Source: a virus | Strand: one strand, 5' to 3' | IMG/VR virus record: IMGVR_UViG_3300021138_000002 | Coordinates: 1 to 64,000 of that record | DNA: 64,000 nucleotides | Shown here: positions 48,487 through 58,472 of the stretch, piece after piece | How the letters are laid out: every line of letters begins with the position of its first letter | Numbering within the stretch: the first letter of the stretch is position 1 | Position numbers and translations under genes: made by a program | Notes under the pieces: model-generated | The model's database searches: none | What the model saw: the letters and a program-made list of their open reading frames with translations, nothing else | What the model was told of the DNA's origin: nothing

Positions 48487-49997
48487 GATATTTTTGTGAT
48501 ACTTACTCCATCAGGTAATTCGGGTGCGTCCGGCGGCGGACTGGGTTGTCCGGGCTGTACGATAGTGGTTGGATTGTCTACACCTTGATTGTGATAAGGA
48601 TAGGGTTCGTGTGTGGGGGCACGAGTAACAATACTTTCAGTCCCGGTTGGACTCACTTGCCAACCGGTGCTGGGGTTGAATTCAGTATTGGGCTGTAGGT
48701 ACTTGGTTATGCCTTTGGGGGTGCTTGCTGGTAATCCAGGTCCACTGTTGAGCAACAGCAGGGTACCGCTGAGTGATAATGCACCGCCTGCACTCCAACT
48801 GCCCAGAGTACTCTTGATTGCCAAGGTACCTCCACTTTTGACTGACATGCTGCCTTTGCCGTACAAGCTGAGTTTGCCTTTGCTGGCCAGATCAGCGTCA
48901 CCGTCACTTTGAACACTGGTGCTGGTCTTGCTTTTGAGATTCATGCTACCACCAGCATAGATATTGACATCGTTGTCGGCGTGTAGATTTATGGTGCCCT
49001 CGGTCCGCATGTTTATGCTGTTGGTACTGTAAACGTCCAGGGTGCCTTCCTGGCCCAGTTCGACCCAGGTTTGGCCATTGGCATGACAGATGTAAAAACA
49101 GTTGCCGTCATCGCTCATGGTTATCTGATGACCTTTGCTGGTACGTATGCGTATGAGATTGTCAGATCCATCTAGAGCACCGTCGTCCATGACCAGGCTG
49201 TGCCCACCACGTCGACCAACTACCGAAATTCCTTGCAGTGTTTGTGCGTCCAAGGTTTTGGCGTCAGCTGTGTCGCCCAGTCCGCTTTGATAGATAGCAC
49301 GACCCGGCGTGCTGATTCCGTAACAGTTGCTGGGACTTTCTCTTTGGGCACTGCTGGCTATTGGGCCGCGTACTGTGTCGTTGTTGAGACCTTGTTGGAA
49401 CAAGATTCCGGCCACATAACTGTGTACCGGTTTGGGTTCGTTGTAAAAAGTAGGGCTTTCGCTGGTCTTGAGATTCTTAGGACTGTTGTTTATTTCAGTG
49501 ACTGGCAATCTAGTTGAATTGCCCAGATAACTGGCCTGGCTGGCATTTTGTGTGGCTGCCTCACTGCGGGGCACCGATCCGATGGCCGGTATCATGCGTG
49601 TGATGCCATTGGTAGGTATGCAACCTATATAGTAACCGTTTCCTGGATCGTCGTTGACAAAAATGCAGATCACCTGCGTGCCAATGTCGGGCGTGGTGAA
49701 CCACATGCCGTAGCTTTGTTGATTGCCATCTAAAAATGTTCCGGTTCCGGCACTGCCGCCCTTGGGCGTGGCACCGTAGAAAGGTGTCACATAACTGACC
49801 CATTTCCAGGCCGTATCATCATTTTCGTTGTAGGCACCAAATGCTTCGATATAGACCTGCACACGACCCATCCTGGTCGGATCAAGATTGTTTTTCACTA
49901 TACCGATGTACGGTCCGCCTGTGCCCGGAGTTCCGCCGCGATTTTGATCGAACGTTTTTGGAGTTCCGGTACTGCGTTGATAATTTTGTATTCCCAT
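48483..49997 (-). CDS. Baseplate central spike, gp5/VgrG-like (OB fold plus beta-helix)
   Basis: GIVKNNLDPTRMGRVQVYI, GMWFTTPDIGTQV, GHSLVMDD, IRIRTSKGHQITMSD, beta-helix repeats, C-terminal PTHEPYPYH. Confidence 0.8.
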   Translation of the reverse strand: MGIQNYQRSTGTPKTFDQNRGGTPGTGGPYIGIVKNNLDPTRMGRVQVYIEAFGAYNENDDTAWKWVSYVTPFYGATPKGGSAGTGTFLDGNQQSYGMWFTTPDIGTQVICIFVNDDPGNGYYIGCIPTNGITRMIPAIGSVPRSEAATQNASQASYLGNSTRLPVTEINNSPKNLKTSESPTFYNEPKPVHSYVAGILFQQGLNNDTVRGPIASSAQRESPSNCYGISTPGRAIYQSGLGDTADAKTLDAQTLQGISVVGRRGGHSLVMDDGALDGSDNLIRIRTSKGHQITMSDDGNCFYICHANGQTWVELGQEGTLDVYSTNSINMRTEGTINLHADNDVNIYAGGSMNLKSKTSTSVQSDGDADLASKGKLSLYGKGSMSVKSGGTLAIKSTLGSWSAGGALSLSGTLLLLNSGPGLPASTPKGITKYLQPNTEFNPSTGWQVSPTGTESIVTRAPTHEPYPYHNQGVDNPTTIVQPGQPSPPPDAPELPDGVSITKIS

Positions 49998-50012
49998 GTG
50001 TTGTTCTTTCTA

Positions 50013-51623
50013 TTATGCGTCGCCGTAGCCGTTGGGGTTAAATGGATTGATTTTGGTTGTTGGTCCACTATATGCGCCAGTAGCTGTGGTTTTAACTCCG
50101 CGTATCCTGTTTCCTGCTATGTTGTTGCCGGCTCGATATTCGGCTTCAGCACGTTGCAAAATTGCGTTGCTGTTCTGCGACGGAGCAGCCGGCGGTGGAG
50201 CGGTTTTTGCAGGCAAGGTTGTGGATTTTGGAGGCGCAGCAGGTCTAGCAACTTGTTGTTTTGACACTGCTTGATTGGGTTTGCTTTCGACCAACAACTT
50301 CCCTTCGATTTCTTGTTCAAATTTTCCTCTACTGAAAAAACTACGACATTCAGTGGCTATGTATGTATTGTTGATGCGAGGTCGGCCTTGAGTATCATTC
50401 ACGTTCATGACTCCGGTATCAAAGTCGTAATCTTGTGGCTGGTTCCAGTTGATATCAAAATTGATCATTTGACTGTCAAAGTTGATACTGCCGTCAGCAT
50501 TGAACGGACTGAACGTGAAGGTCTGGGCACTTACTCCGGTAACTATCGTGCCCTGTTGCATCCAGGCTGGGTCGCCCACTATACGAATCTTGACCATGCC
50601 AAGGTCAGTGGGGCTGTATAAAAAATCTGCAGCACTGTCAGCAGCCTGATTGGTATAGGTTCCGGTCTGCTGTCCAGTTTTTTGTGTGGTGGTTGGCATG
50701 GGCGTTTTGGTATACTGGTCTCGATATTGTGTGGTAATTGCTGCCTGTTGTATTGCTGCGCCTTCGCCACTCAGTAACAGCCTATATGCTGCATCGTATT
50801 TTTGTTCAAAGCTGAGAATCTGCGTGTTTTGTCCGGTGAACCAGTAGTTGTAACTTTTGTGACTGCCACGATACCGACTGTCCGGAAAGTATTCGCTGGC
50901 CATCTTGGTTATGGCATAAGGTGTTATGAGAAATTTCATACGATAAGCAAAATCTTTGCGTTTGTTATCGTAGCCCAGGCTAGTAGCCTGTACCGTGACG
51001 TTGTACCAGGTAACAATACCAGTTCCGTTTCCGTTACTAGCCTCGGTCTGTTGTGTGACTGCATCTGTTTTCGTGTTGGCTTGGCTTCGAACATACTCAC
51101 TGCCACGCATGATCTGATCAATCAATTGTATTATCTGCGTTCCTGCTTGTATGTCCCAGTTTTGACTGTTGTTGTTTACTGGTACTGTGTTGGAATCCAG
51201 GGCCTGTCGTGCTGTGGCAGCATTTTTTCCAGCAGTTTTTGACCGGTCGGTGCTGCCGGGATTTTTGACCTTGCTGGCACCCAGCTCGGGTGGGTGAAAT
51301 TCAAATTCATAAATGTCGGCTATATAGCCTTCGGCCTTGTATTTGTTGGCTAGGTCATTTTGATAGGAGTTGAGTGCTTCGGCCAACCCGGTAAACATGT
51401 ATCCGTTGTTGCCGGTGGGTGCTGCTGTGGCCTTAGGCGGCGATTGTGCAGGGCTGGAACTGGCGGTGCTAGGAACTTGCTGAGATCTTCTGCTGTTTTG
51501 ATCTGGGTATTGATTGATATTTGGACCATCAAAAATACTTCCTTTGACTCTGTTTTGAGCATAAGGATTGTAACCATTGGGGTATTGACCAGAATTTTGT
51601 GTTTTGTTAGTCAGGTCGGCCAT
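50013..51623 (-). CDS. Putative baseplate hub protein (gp27/GPD-like, C-terminal part)
   Basis: AGTQIIQLIDQIM, KSYNYWFTGQNTQILSFE, IRIVGDPAW, FSRGKFEQEIEG; directly upstream of the spike gene. Confidence 0.6.
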   Translation of the reverse strand: MADLTNKTQNSGQYPNGYNPYAQNRVKGSIFDGPNINQYPDQNSRRSQQVPSTASSSPAQSPPKATAAPTGNNGYMFTGLAEALNSYQNDLANKYKAEGYIADIYEFEFHPPELGASKVKNPGSTDRSKTAGKNAATARQALDSNTVPVNNNSQNWDIQAGTQIIQLIDQIMRGSEYVRSQANTKTDAVTQQTEASNGNGTGIVTWYNVTVQATSLGYDNKRKDFAYRMKFLITPYAITKMASEYFPDSRYRGSHKSYNYWFTGQNTQILSFEQKYDAAYRLLLSGEGAAIQQAAITTQYRDQYTKTPMPTTTQKTGQQTGTYTNQAADSAADFLYSPTDLGMVKIRIVGDPAWMQQGTIVTGVSAQTFTFSPFNADGSINFDSQMINFDINWNQPQDYDFDTGVMNVNDTQGRPRINNTYIATECRSFFSRGKFEQEIEGKLLVESKPNQAVSKQQVARPAAPPKSTTLPAKTAPPPAAPSQNSNAILQRAEAEYRAGNNIAGNRIRGVKTTATGAYSGPTTKINPFNPNGYGDA

Positions 51624-51625
51624 GA

Positions 51626-53278
51626 TTATGCTCCAAATCCACTGACAGGCGAGAAATCCGCGGTGCCGTTACTGAGCAGACTGTTCTGTCCGGTAAATGT
51701 CACGTTGTTATTGGTTGCTTCGGTAAGCGTGAACCCATCCTCAAATGGTGCTGGTGGAACATTGTTTCCAGGAGGTGTAGCACTAGGAACTCGACCATCT
51801 TGTTGAGGTTGTAGCCTCGATTGTGCAGTTTTGCCAATCAGCAAATCTTTCGCCGTGGTTCCTGACAATTGAAAATTGAACGGAATGGTACCACGTGCTT
51901 GACCAAAACCGGTGGCATTGTTGAGAGCCACGCCTTCGACATGATACTCGATTCCTCTACTGTTGGCCCCGGGTGCCATGGCAAATGTTATGTTGCTCAG
52001 CAGGAACGGGTAAATTTTTAATACGACAGCATTGACATCGTTGGGTGGTCCTGGCAAATTAGGCGTGTTGTTGATGGTGTATCGACCCTTGAGCGGAGCC
52101 TGTAAGTTTCCGTTCGCGTCGTAGCCGTAAAACTTGATGGTCAAACAATAGTGAGCTTGCAAATAGTTGGGTGTGAGCCCGGGCACGCGACTGCTGGTAG
52201 TGGGCAACAAATTGTTTGCTGCCAGGGTACTGGCTGCTTGCTCGGCTAGGCTGCTCGATGTGTCGAGCTCGGGCGAATTGGCACCTATACTGTAAACGCT
52301 GTTTACTGCTGCATACAGGTTGTTTATCAATGTCAGGCCGTTGGGCTCAACCACTTTGAATTTGACAGAAACATCACCGCGTGTGGCCTGTGTTCCGCCC
52401 AGCGGAATCAAACTGTGTATTTCTAAATCATCTAGATAGTAATCGACTGGAAAAAATTGACTGCGTGTAGGGAAAGCAGTGTTGCTGGCTGTGTTGATAT
52501 TGTTTTGTAAGGCACTGTTTAACGGAATTCCGCCACTTTGCATCAGCAAACTCCAGGCGCCCACATTGCGTTGTGACGAATTGACCAAGGCATTGTATTG
52601 ATCTTGATTCAGCAGATACCAGCTGATTTGATAGGTATAGCTGGCATAATCGTCCAGGACATTTGGTTGTGTGTAAATCCGTTGATTGGTACTGGTCTGA
52701 AATGTGGCCTTGATTATGTCTTTGGCAGTGTTGCCGGTTACAGTAACAGCATCGTCGCTTCTAGCACCTGCCCCGGCCTGACTGGGCGCCGATACTTCCG
52801 GGTTACCTGATGCCAGGGCATTGATGTCGCTGGGCGGCGTGGCTTGACTTTGTGCCAGGGTTATTGTTTTGGCATTGAGTCCTCTATCGGCGGGTATTAC
52901 GCCAGCTGATTGCAATCGGGTGTTGGTGGCTAATAAATCTTGTGCCTGTGCATTTGACAACGGCAGACTCAGCAGAGAAGTATCTATCACAGCCGAGGTT
53001 GGCGGGTTTTGCGCCACTGCACCTTCGGTTCGGGCCAGTTGATTTTCAACAGCAACAGATCCGGCACTGTCTTGAGATCGGACGGCTTCTACCACGCCAA
53101 GTTGTCCGCCCTGGGCTAGATATTGAGCATAGGCCTGTGCATCTAACGTTCCGGGGCTAGCACTAGAATAGGTGTCGTTGCCCAGTTGAACAGACAACGA
53201 GATAGCTGCCATTTGTGCCAGCGACAAAGACTGCCCCGGTACATAAAGTTCACCGCCAATCAAAAGTTGTGTGGCCAT
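51626..53278 (-). CDS. Putative baseplate hub protein (N-terminal part)
   Basis: NVLDDYASYTYQISWY, FKVVEPNGLTLI, LTIKFYGYD; between gp53-like and hub genes. Confidence 0.55.
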   Translation of the reverse strand: MATQLLIGGELYVPGQSLSLAQMAAISLSVQLGNDTYSSASPGTLDAQAYAQYLAQGGQLGVVEAVRSQDSAGSVAVENQLARTEGAVAQNPPTSAVIDTSLLSLPLSNAQAQDLLATNTRLQSAGVIPADRGLNAKTITLAQSQATPPSDINALASGNPEVSAPSQAGAGARSDDAVTVTGNTAKDIIKATFQTSTNQRIYTQPNVLDDYASYTYQISWYLLNQDQYNALVNSSQRNVGAWSLLMQSGGIPLNSALQNNINTASNTAFPTRSQFFPVDYYLDDLEIHSLIPLGGTQATRGDVSVKFKVVEPNGLTLINNLYAAVNSVYSIGANSPELDTSSSLAEQAASTLAANNLLPTTSSRVPGLTPNYLQAHYCLTIKFYGYDANGNLQAPLKGRYTINNTPNLPGPPNDVNAVVLKIYPFLLSNITFAMAPGANSRGIEYHVEGVALNNATGFGQARGTIPFNFQLSGTTAKDLLIGKTAQSRLQPQQDGRVPSATPPGNNVPPAPFEDGFTLTEATNNNVTFTGQNSLLSNGTADFSPVSGFGA

Positions 53279-53279
53279 G

Positions 53280-53579
53280 TTAGATTCCTAGCACAGTTTG
53301 TAAGGTGCTGATATTGGGCAGATATATCTGTACGCCAGAGGCAAAATCCAACGGCGGCCGGGTCAAGGTATTGGGATTGCGTTGATAAAATACCCACCAT
53401 AGTCTACTGTTGCCGTACAGATCGTAGGCCAAGAGATCGGGCCTGTACTGATAGGTCAAGTTGATGTTGAACAAGATATCGTCAGCCAAGGCCGGGATAG
53501 GCCGATTGGTCATGGTATCTAGGAAAAATTGACTGTAGCCGGTAAGATAATACGGGCTGGTCGCGTCATAGGTGGCCAT
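53280..53579 (-). CDS. Baseplate wedge protein, gp53/LysM-like
   Basis: YQYRPDLLAYDLYGNSRLWWVF...N...GVQIYLP. Confidence 0.8.
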   Translation of the reverse strand: MATYDATSPYYLTGYSQFFLDTMTNRPIPALADDILFNINLTYQYRPDLLAYDLYGNSRLWWVFYQRNPNTLTRPPLDFASGVQIYLPNISTLQTVLGI

Positions 53580-54910
53580 TACCAGAATCCTCCTTTGAGT
53601 AGATCACCGTTAGCAAAATTTTGTAAACTGAATTGTTGGCTGACCTGTGTACGACTCTGTATCGGCAACAGGGTCAGCACTATGTCTATCTTGGTCGGCA
53701 CATAGGTTGGGTTGTTTGTGTTGGGCGCCGTAGGAGCCGGAATTCCGGGCTTGGCGCCTACCGGAGTAGGAAACAGTGTGTTGTACAAACTGGACACCGA
53801 AGTGGCCAGACGCGACACTGATGCCAGCTGTGGATTGAGTGTGTTGGTTTTGGCCCGCAATCCGTTTTGATTCAGTTGCAGGTTGTTGCTGCTGCCGGCA
53901 CGGATGTAATCCACATCGGCTGGCAACGAGTAGTTGAATTGACTGACCAAGACTGGGTGTTTGTTGAACTGATATTCGCCCAGGCCGTTGAGATAACACA
54001 CCGGTGGCGGGCTTCCAACATTTTGACTCTGTCCATAAAACATCTTGGTCACCGATCTAAAAAAGTGTATGACCGCCAGGAGATAGTTGGCCTCATAGGT
54101 GTTCTGGGCAGTAAAAGTGGCATTTACCGTGATCGCATCGGTATAGCTGTTTTGATAAAAGTATCCACGATAGTTGCTGTGTGTGAGGTCGTAGCTGTTG
54201 TAATTGGCCTTGTAGCTGGTAGTGATCTGTGGTGTATATGGAAATATCACACCGTTGGTAGGTGACAAATAGGACAATATCCCAGGATTGGTCGCATTGT
54301 AAAGATAGTTTGAATTGTCGGCCAGGCTCAATCTAACACGCCAATCCTGATTGTTCAACTGTCGCTGTTGATCAATTATGGTCTGTTGACGCTGGGCTTC
54401 TTTGACCTGTGCAGCTATACGACTCTGTTCGGCACTGGCCAAGGTAGCAGGTTCTACAAAATCGCCGCCCACATAGACCGGATTGTTGTTTTCGTCCAGG
54501 GTCCAGCCTGGGTTGAGATTGCCTTCATCGTTGTAAGGAAAACCGTGCGGATTGGCGTAGGGATCTTCGCCCGGTGGCTGTGGTTGCGGAACCGGCGGCG
54601 ACGATACCAGGCTTTGCTGTAGGCCAGCTACTTCTTCTGCGGTGGCCCTGTCTGGCAAATTACCGGCAATTATAGCACCGGTATTGGGGTCAACTACGTC
54701 GTACAATTCGGTGACGGCATTGTAGCTGACCGCATAGTATGGTACTGCGGCAGGTGAAGTATCAATTCCGCTTATTTGATCGGCTACTGCTGCAATATTA
54801 GCAGAAACAGCAACATCGGCTGGGGCCGTATCAAGTTCACTGGCCGGTACAAAAGGCGAAGCATTTTCTTCGGCAAATGGGTCTACGTTTGGATCAACTT
54901 CGGTTGGCAT
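53579..54910 (-). CDS. Tail tube initiator-like protein (gp48/gp54-like) with acidic N-terminal extension
   Basis: GVIFPYTPQI, HSNY, FTAQN, HFFRSVTKMFYG, GSPPPVCYLNGLG, PVLVSQFNYSLP; TAAATA at 54931-54936. Confidence 0.65.
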   Translation of the reverse strand: MPTEVDPNVDPFAEENASPFVPASELDTAPADVAVSANIAAVADQISGIDTSPAAVPYYAVSYNAVTELYDVVDPNTGAIIAGNLPDRATAEEVAGLQQSLVSSPPVPQPQPPGEDPYANPHGFPYNDEGNLNPGWTLDENNNPVYVGGDFVEPATLASAEQSRIAAQVKEAQRQQTIIDQQRQLNNQDWRVRLSLADNSNYLYNATNPGILSYLSPTNGVIFPYTPQITTSYKANYNSYDLTHSNYRGYFYQNSYTDAITVNATFTAQNTYEANYLLAVIHFFRSVTKMFYGQSQNVGSPPPVCYLNGLGEYQFNKHPVLVSQFNYSLPADVDYIRAGSSNNLQLNQNGLRAKTNTLNPQLASVSRLATSVSSLYNTLFPTPVGAKPGIPAPTAPNTNNPTYVPTKIDIVLTLLPIQSRTQVSQQFSLQNFANGDLLKGGFW

Positions 54911-54970
54911 TATTTTATTTTCCTATACGATATTTACCAAGAAAATAAACCACCCACTTAATGATCGAGG

Positions 54971-55016
54971 TTGACAAAAACCAAAAGTGTTGTAAAATAA
55001 ATACACTTTCCAGGAG
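54971..55016 (+). promoter_or_regulatory. Sigma70 promoter TTGACA-16-TAAAAT overlapping TAAATA, plus AGGAG RBS, for gp55
   Basis: TTGACA 54971-54976, TAAAAT 54993-54998, TAAATA 54998-55003, AGGAG 55012-55016. Confidence 0.7.
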
Positions 55017-55023
55017 ACCATTA

Positions 55024-55923
55024 GTGGCTACAACCATACCAAAAACACCAGCAAAAATCAACTATCTCAACAATAGAGATATCCTAAAAGAAATACACCT
55101 AAGCAAAAACACTTACTGCACATTCCGAGATCCGGTACAGGATCATCAGTACGATATCATTCTGCCCACGGTTTCAAAAATCAATCAACGCACCGTGGCC
55201 GAAGCAAGACGCAACCGAGCCGACCGTATCAAACGCGAAACCGGCCAGGTCATAGATCCAGTCAAAATACCCAACACCGATCTGGTGTTCCGGGTGACCT
55301 GTTGGGAACACATACCCATGGCGCCTAAAAAAGTGCCAAAAACAGCGACCAAAAAGAAAAAGATCGACGAACTGTTTGAACTGGAATTAGAACCCGAAGA
55401 TCCCTTAGCCGAGCTGATTGAAGAGCCGGTGCTGAGCCCGACTCACGTGCGACTGAATTTCCCTCCGTTTTATCACTACAGAATAGACGAAAATCGTGAA
55501 CCGTACTTGGTGGGCAAAAGCCACTGGCGGGGTGATCTCGAATACGGAGAATTCTGCAAGGATCATGGCACCATGACTAGAAAATTAGCCACCATGTTCA
55601 TGAAACTGTGCGAACGCTATGCCACCAGATCAAACTGGCGCGGCTATACCTACAACGAAGAAATGCGTGGTCAGGCACTGTTACAGCTCAGCCAGATCGG
55701 CCTGCAGTTTGACGAAAGCAAGAGCCAAAATCCATTTGCCTACTACACAGCAGCCATCACCAACAGTTTTACCCGTATCCTGAATCTGGAAAAGAAAAAT
55801 CAAAACATCAGAGATGACATACTGGAAATGAACGGCTTGAATCCGTCATGGACCAGACAGAATTCAGGCAAACGCGATCCAGATCATGTTGCCGGAGAGG
55901 TCGTTATACTGTCAGAAGAGTAA
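55024..55923 (+). CDS. gp55: Late-transcription sigma factor, T4 gp55-like (GTG start at 55024)
   Basis: NYLNNRDIL, NWRGYTYNEEM, FDESKSQNPFAYYTAAITNSFTRILNLEKK; upstream of gp47/gp46 as in T4-like phages. Confidence 0.88.
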   Translation: MATTIPKTPAKINYLNNRDILKEIHLSKNTYCTFRDPVQDHQYDIILPTVSKINQRTVAEARRNRADRIKRETGQVIDPVKIPNTDLVFRVTCWEHIPMAPKKVPKTATKKKKIDELFELELEPEDPLAELIEEPVLSPTHVRLNFPPFYHYRIDENREPYLVGKSHWRGDLEYGEFCKDHGTMTRKLATMFMKLCERYATRSNWRGYTYNEEMRGQALLQLSQIGLQFDESKSQNPFAYYTAAITNSFTRILNLEKKNQNIRDDILEMNGLNPSWTRQNSGKRDPDHVAGEVVILSEE

Positions 55924-55938
55924 CTGTTATAAATCTTG

Positions 55939-57453
55939 ATGCTATCGTCTGAGTTATATCAACATCTGGGAAAAACATACAACATTGTGTGTTTTGTAGA
56001 TCTGGCCGAGATTGTCGGATCCAAAAGTGCAATATTCAAACTATTTGATGATTACCACAAAGATACATATGATCCAAACGATCGATTGGTATTGTACTCT
56101 GGTCATTATCTGTCGTCGGAATTGTTAGAACATGTTCAAAAAGCAGCTTCGATTGTTGATATCAGCAACAGTTTTATTTTGATTTGTTGTCCTTATGATG
56201 TTGGTAGTACGCTAATAACCATTGGGGGAAAGTATGGAGCCGACATACCAATTCAAAACAGTGTGATCGATATCGATTCAGAAGAGTTGTTGACCAACGA
56301 CTTTTATGTCGCTGATACTGTTTGTCCGGTGGTATGGAGTCATTTAGTAATAACAAATCAAGGAAATATTCATCCGTGTTGTATACAAACCGACGTGGTC
56401 GGAAATGTGATTGACCATCAGGTAATCGATGTATTCTACAATGATAAGATGCAGAATTTAAGGCACGATCTTTTAGATGGCATACAGGCACCGGGTTGCG
56501 ATCAATGCTGGAAAACAGAAAAAGAAGGAAGCATCCTCAGTTACAGACAACGACATTTGAATGCACATTCAAAAGATTTTTATACCAATTGGATTGACGA
56601 TCCAAAAATTCTCAGTCTTGATTTGAATGCTGGTAATGTGTGTAATTTTAAATGCAGAATATGTAACACTGTAAAAAGTTCTTTGCATGCCGACGAACAG
56701 CTGAAACATACCAACGATCCATCCAGAATTATACAAATAAAAAATAACACAGCAAAAGGCAAATGGGCCGACACTGAACTGTTTTCTTTGCAATTGGAAT
56801 CGCTATTGCCTCAATTGACCAATTTGGATTTGTACGGTGGAGAACCATTTTTGCTAAAACAATTGCCGAGAATACTACAAACAGCAATTGACCTCGATGT
56901 TGCAAAAAATATTCGATTGCATTTTAATTCTAACGGCTCTATATTTCCAGAAAAATTGATTCCGTTATTTGAACAGTTCAGAGAAGTAGACATTGCTTTG
57001 AGTATAGACAATGTAGGTAAAAGATTTGAACTAGAGCGTGGTGGCAACTGGACGGAAATTGAAAAAAATATCACTGAATTTATGTCCCTACAAAAGCACA
57101 ATTTCCGCACATATCTATTTCCTACCATCAACATTCAAAATGTACTTTATGTTGATGAATTGATAGATTGGGCTAACCAAACAGGAATCAAGGCAACCTA
57201 CAACCTGCTGAGTAATCCGTGGTATTTTAATATTGAACACATGACTGAATCTGCCAAACAATTGGTAATTGATCGATTTAGCAACAGAGACCATTTGATA
57301 TTAAAAACCATTATTAACTATATTCAAAATGGTAAAGGTAGCGATGGCACTGAGTTTGTCCGTCATATGAAAAAATACGACAACATACGCCAGGAAGATT
57401 TTCTTTTGACTCACAACGAGATTGCAATAGCCATGGGGTATGTGTTACACTAA
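55939..57453 (+). CDS. Radical SAM enzyme with Twitch-like domain (type A) and ~125-aa N-terminal extension
   Basis: CPVVW...PCC...CDQC, then CNFKCRIC, GGEP, SNGS, SIDN; AT-rich. Start 55939 or 55936. Confidence 0.9.
   Translation: MLSSELYQHLGKTYNIVCFVDLAEIVGSKSAIFKLFDDYHKDTYDPNDRLVLYSGHYLSSELLEHVQKAASIVDISNSFILICCPYDVGSTLITIGGKYGADIPIQNSVIDIDSEELLTNDFYVADTVCPVVWSHLVITNQGNIHPCCIQTDVVGNVIDHQVIDVFYNDKMQNLRHDLLDGIQAPGCDQCWKTEKEGSILSYRQRHLNAHSKDFYTNWIDDPKILSLDLNAGNVCNFKCRICNTVKSSLHADEQLKHTNDPSRIIQIKNNTAKGKWADTELFSLQLESLLPQLTNLDLYGGEPFLLKQLPRILQTAIDLDVAKNIRLHFNSNGSIFPEKLIPLFEQFREVDIALSIDNVGKRFELERGGNWTEIEKNITEFMSLQKHNFRTYLFPTINIQNVLYVDELIDWANQTGIKATYNLLSNPWYFNIEHMTESAKQLVIDRFSNRDHLILKTIINYIQNGKGSDGTEFVRHMKKYDNIRQEDFLLTHNEIAIAMGYVLH
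57422..57451 (+). promoter_or_regulatory. Sigma70-type promoter TTGCAA-18-TACACT (extended TG) inside the rSAM 3' end, 7 nt before the gp47 ATG
   Basis: -35 at 57422-57427, TG at 57443-57444, -10 at 57446-57451. Confidence 0.5.
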
Positions 57454-57458
57454 CACTT

Positions 57459-58472
57459 ATGAATCTATTTAAAAAAGTAGCAGTTTGTACCGATATTCAT
57501 TTTGGATTAAAGTCAAACAGTCTGGTGCACAACCAGGACTGTTCGGATTTTATTGACTGGTTTATCAAAACGGCCAAGGACAACGGTTGTGAGACCGGCA
57601 TGTTCTTGGGAGATTGGAGTCATCAACGATCGGCCATCAACATGCAGACCTTGCAGTACAGTCTACGTAGCCTGGAAAAACTGTCGGCGGCCTTTGATCG
57701 TTTTTATTTTATTCCCGGCAATCACGATTTATACTATCGCGACAAGCGAGATATCTACAGCACCGAGTGGGCAAGGCACATTCCTAATATACAGATTGTC
57801 AACGACTTTTTCAAAGATGGCGATGTGATTATTGCTCCATGGTTGGTGGGCGACGATTATAAAAAGCTAGCCAAAATGAGTGCCCGGTACATGTTTGGAC
57901 ATTTTGAGCTTCCGCACTTTAAAATGAATGCCATGGTAGAAATGCCCGATCACGGTGAGTTACGAGTGGATGATTTTACCGGAATCGAAAGTGTGTACTC
58001 CGGACATTTCCACTTGCGTCAAAAGAAAAAGAATATTAACTATATCGGCAACTGTTTCCCACACAACTTTGCCGATGCCGGCGATGCCAATCGTGGTATG
58101 TTGGTCAAAGAATGGGGCAAAGAGGATCAATACTTCAGTTGGCCCGGGCAACCGTTATATCGTGTGATGAAACTGAGCGAGGCCATTGACAACGGTGCCA
58201 ATCTGTTGCAACCCAACATGCATGTGCGTGTGGAACTGGACATTGATATCAGCTACGAAGAAGCCAGTTTTATCAAAGACACCTTTGTTCGAGACCACAA
58301 GCTCAGAGAAATGAGCTTGATACCAGTCAAGAGTACCGCAGTAGATGCTGACATGGCGCCAGGTGAGATCCGCTTTGAAAGCGTGGATCAGATTGTAACT
58401 GATCAGTTGACCAATATTGAAAGCGAGTTTTACGACTCCAAATTGCTGTTAAAAATATATCAAAATTTATAA
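57459..58472 (+). CDS. gp47: Recombination endonuclease subunit, gp47/Mre11/SbcD-like
   Basis: TDIHFG, LGDW, PGNHD, GHFE, SGHFH metallophosphoesterase motifs. Confidence 0.93.
   Translation: MNLFKKVAVCTDIHFGLKSNSLVHNQDCSDFIDWFIKTAKDNGCETGMFLGDWSHQRSAINMQTLQYSLRSLEKLSAAFDRFYFIPGNHDLYYRDKRDIYSTEWARHIPNIQIVNDFFKDGDVIIAPWLVGDDYKKLAKMSARYMFGHFELPHFKMNAMVEMPDHGELRVDDFTGIESVYSGHFHLRQKKKNINYIGNCFPHNFADAGDANRGMLVKEWGKEDQYFSWPGQPLYRVMKLSEAIDNGANLLQPNMHVRVELDIDISYEEASFIKDTFVRDHKLREMSLIPVKSTAVDADMAPGEIRFESVDQIVTDQLTNIESEFYDSKLLLKIYQNL

Noticed and set aside
29494-54622. Many 60-240 aa + strand ORFs opposite the structural genes (e.g. 29494..30228, 42073..42663, 44763..45434)
   Set aside because: Antisense shadows of long - strand genes, with no motifs or RBS.
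42660-54910. Bacterial T6SS or extracellular contractile injection system locus
   Set aside because: gp55, gp47/gp46, TAAATA motifs and phage-type small ORFs indicate a phage genome; no Tss membrane-complex or host genes.
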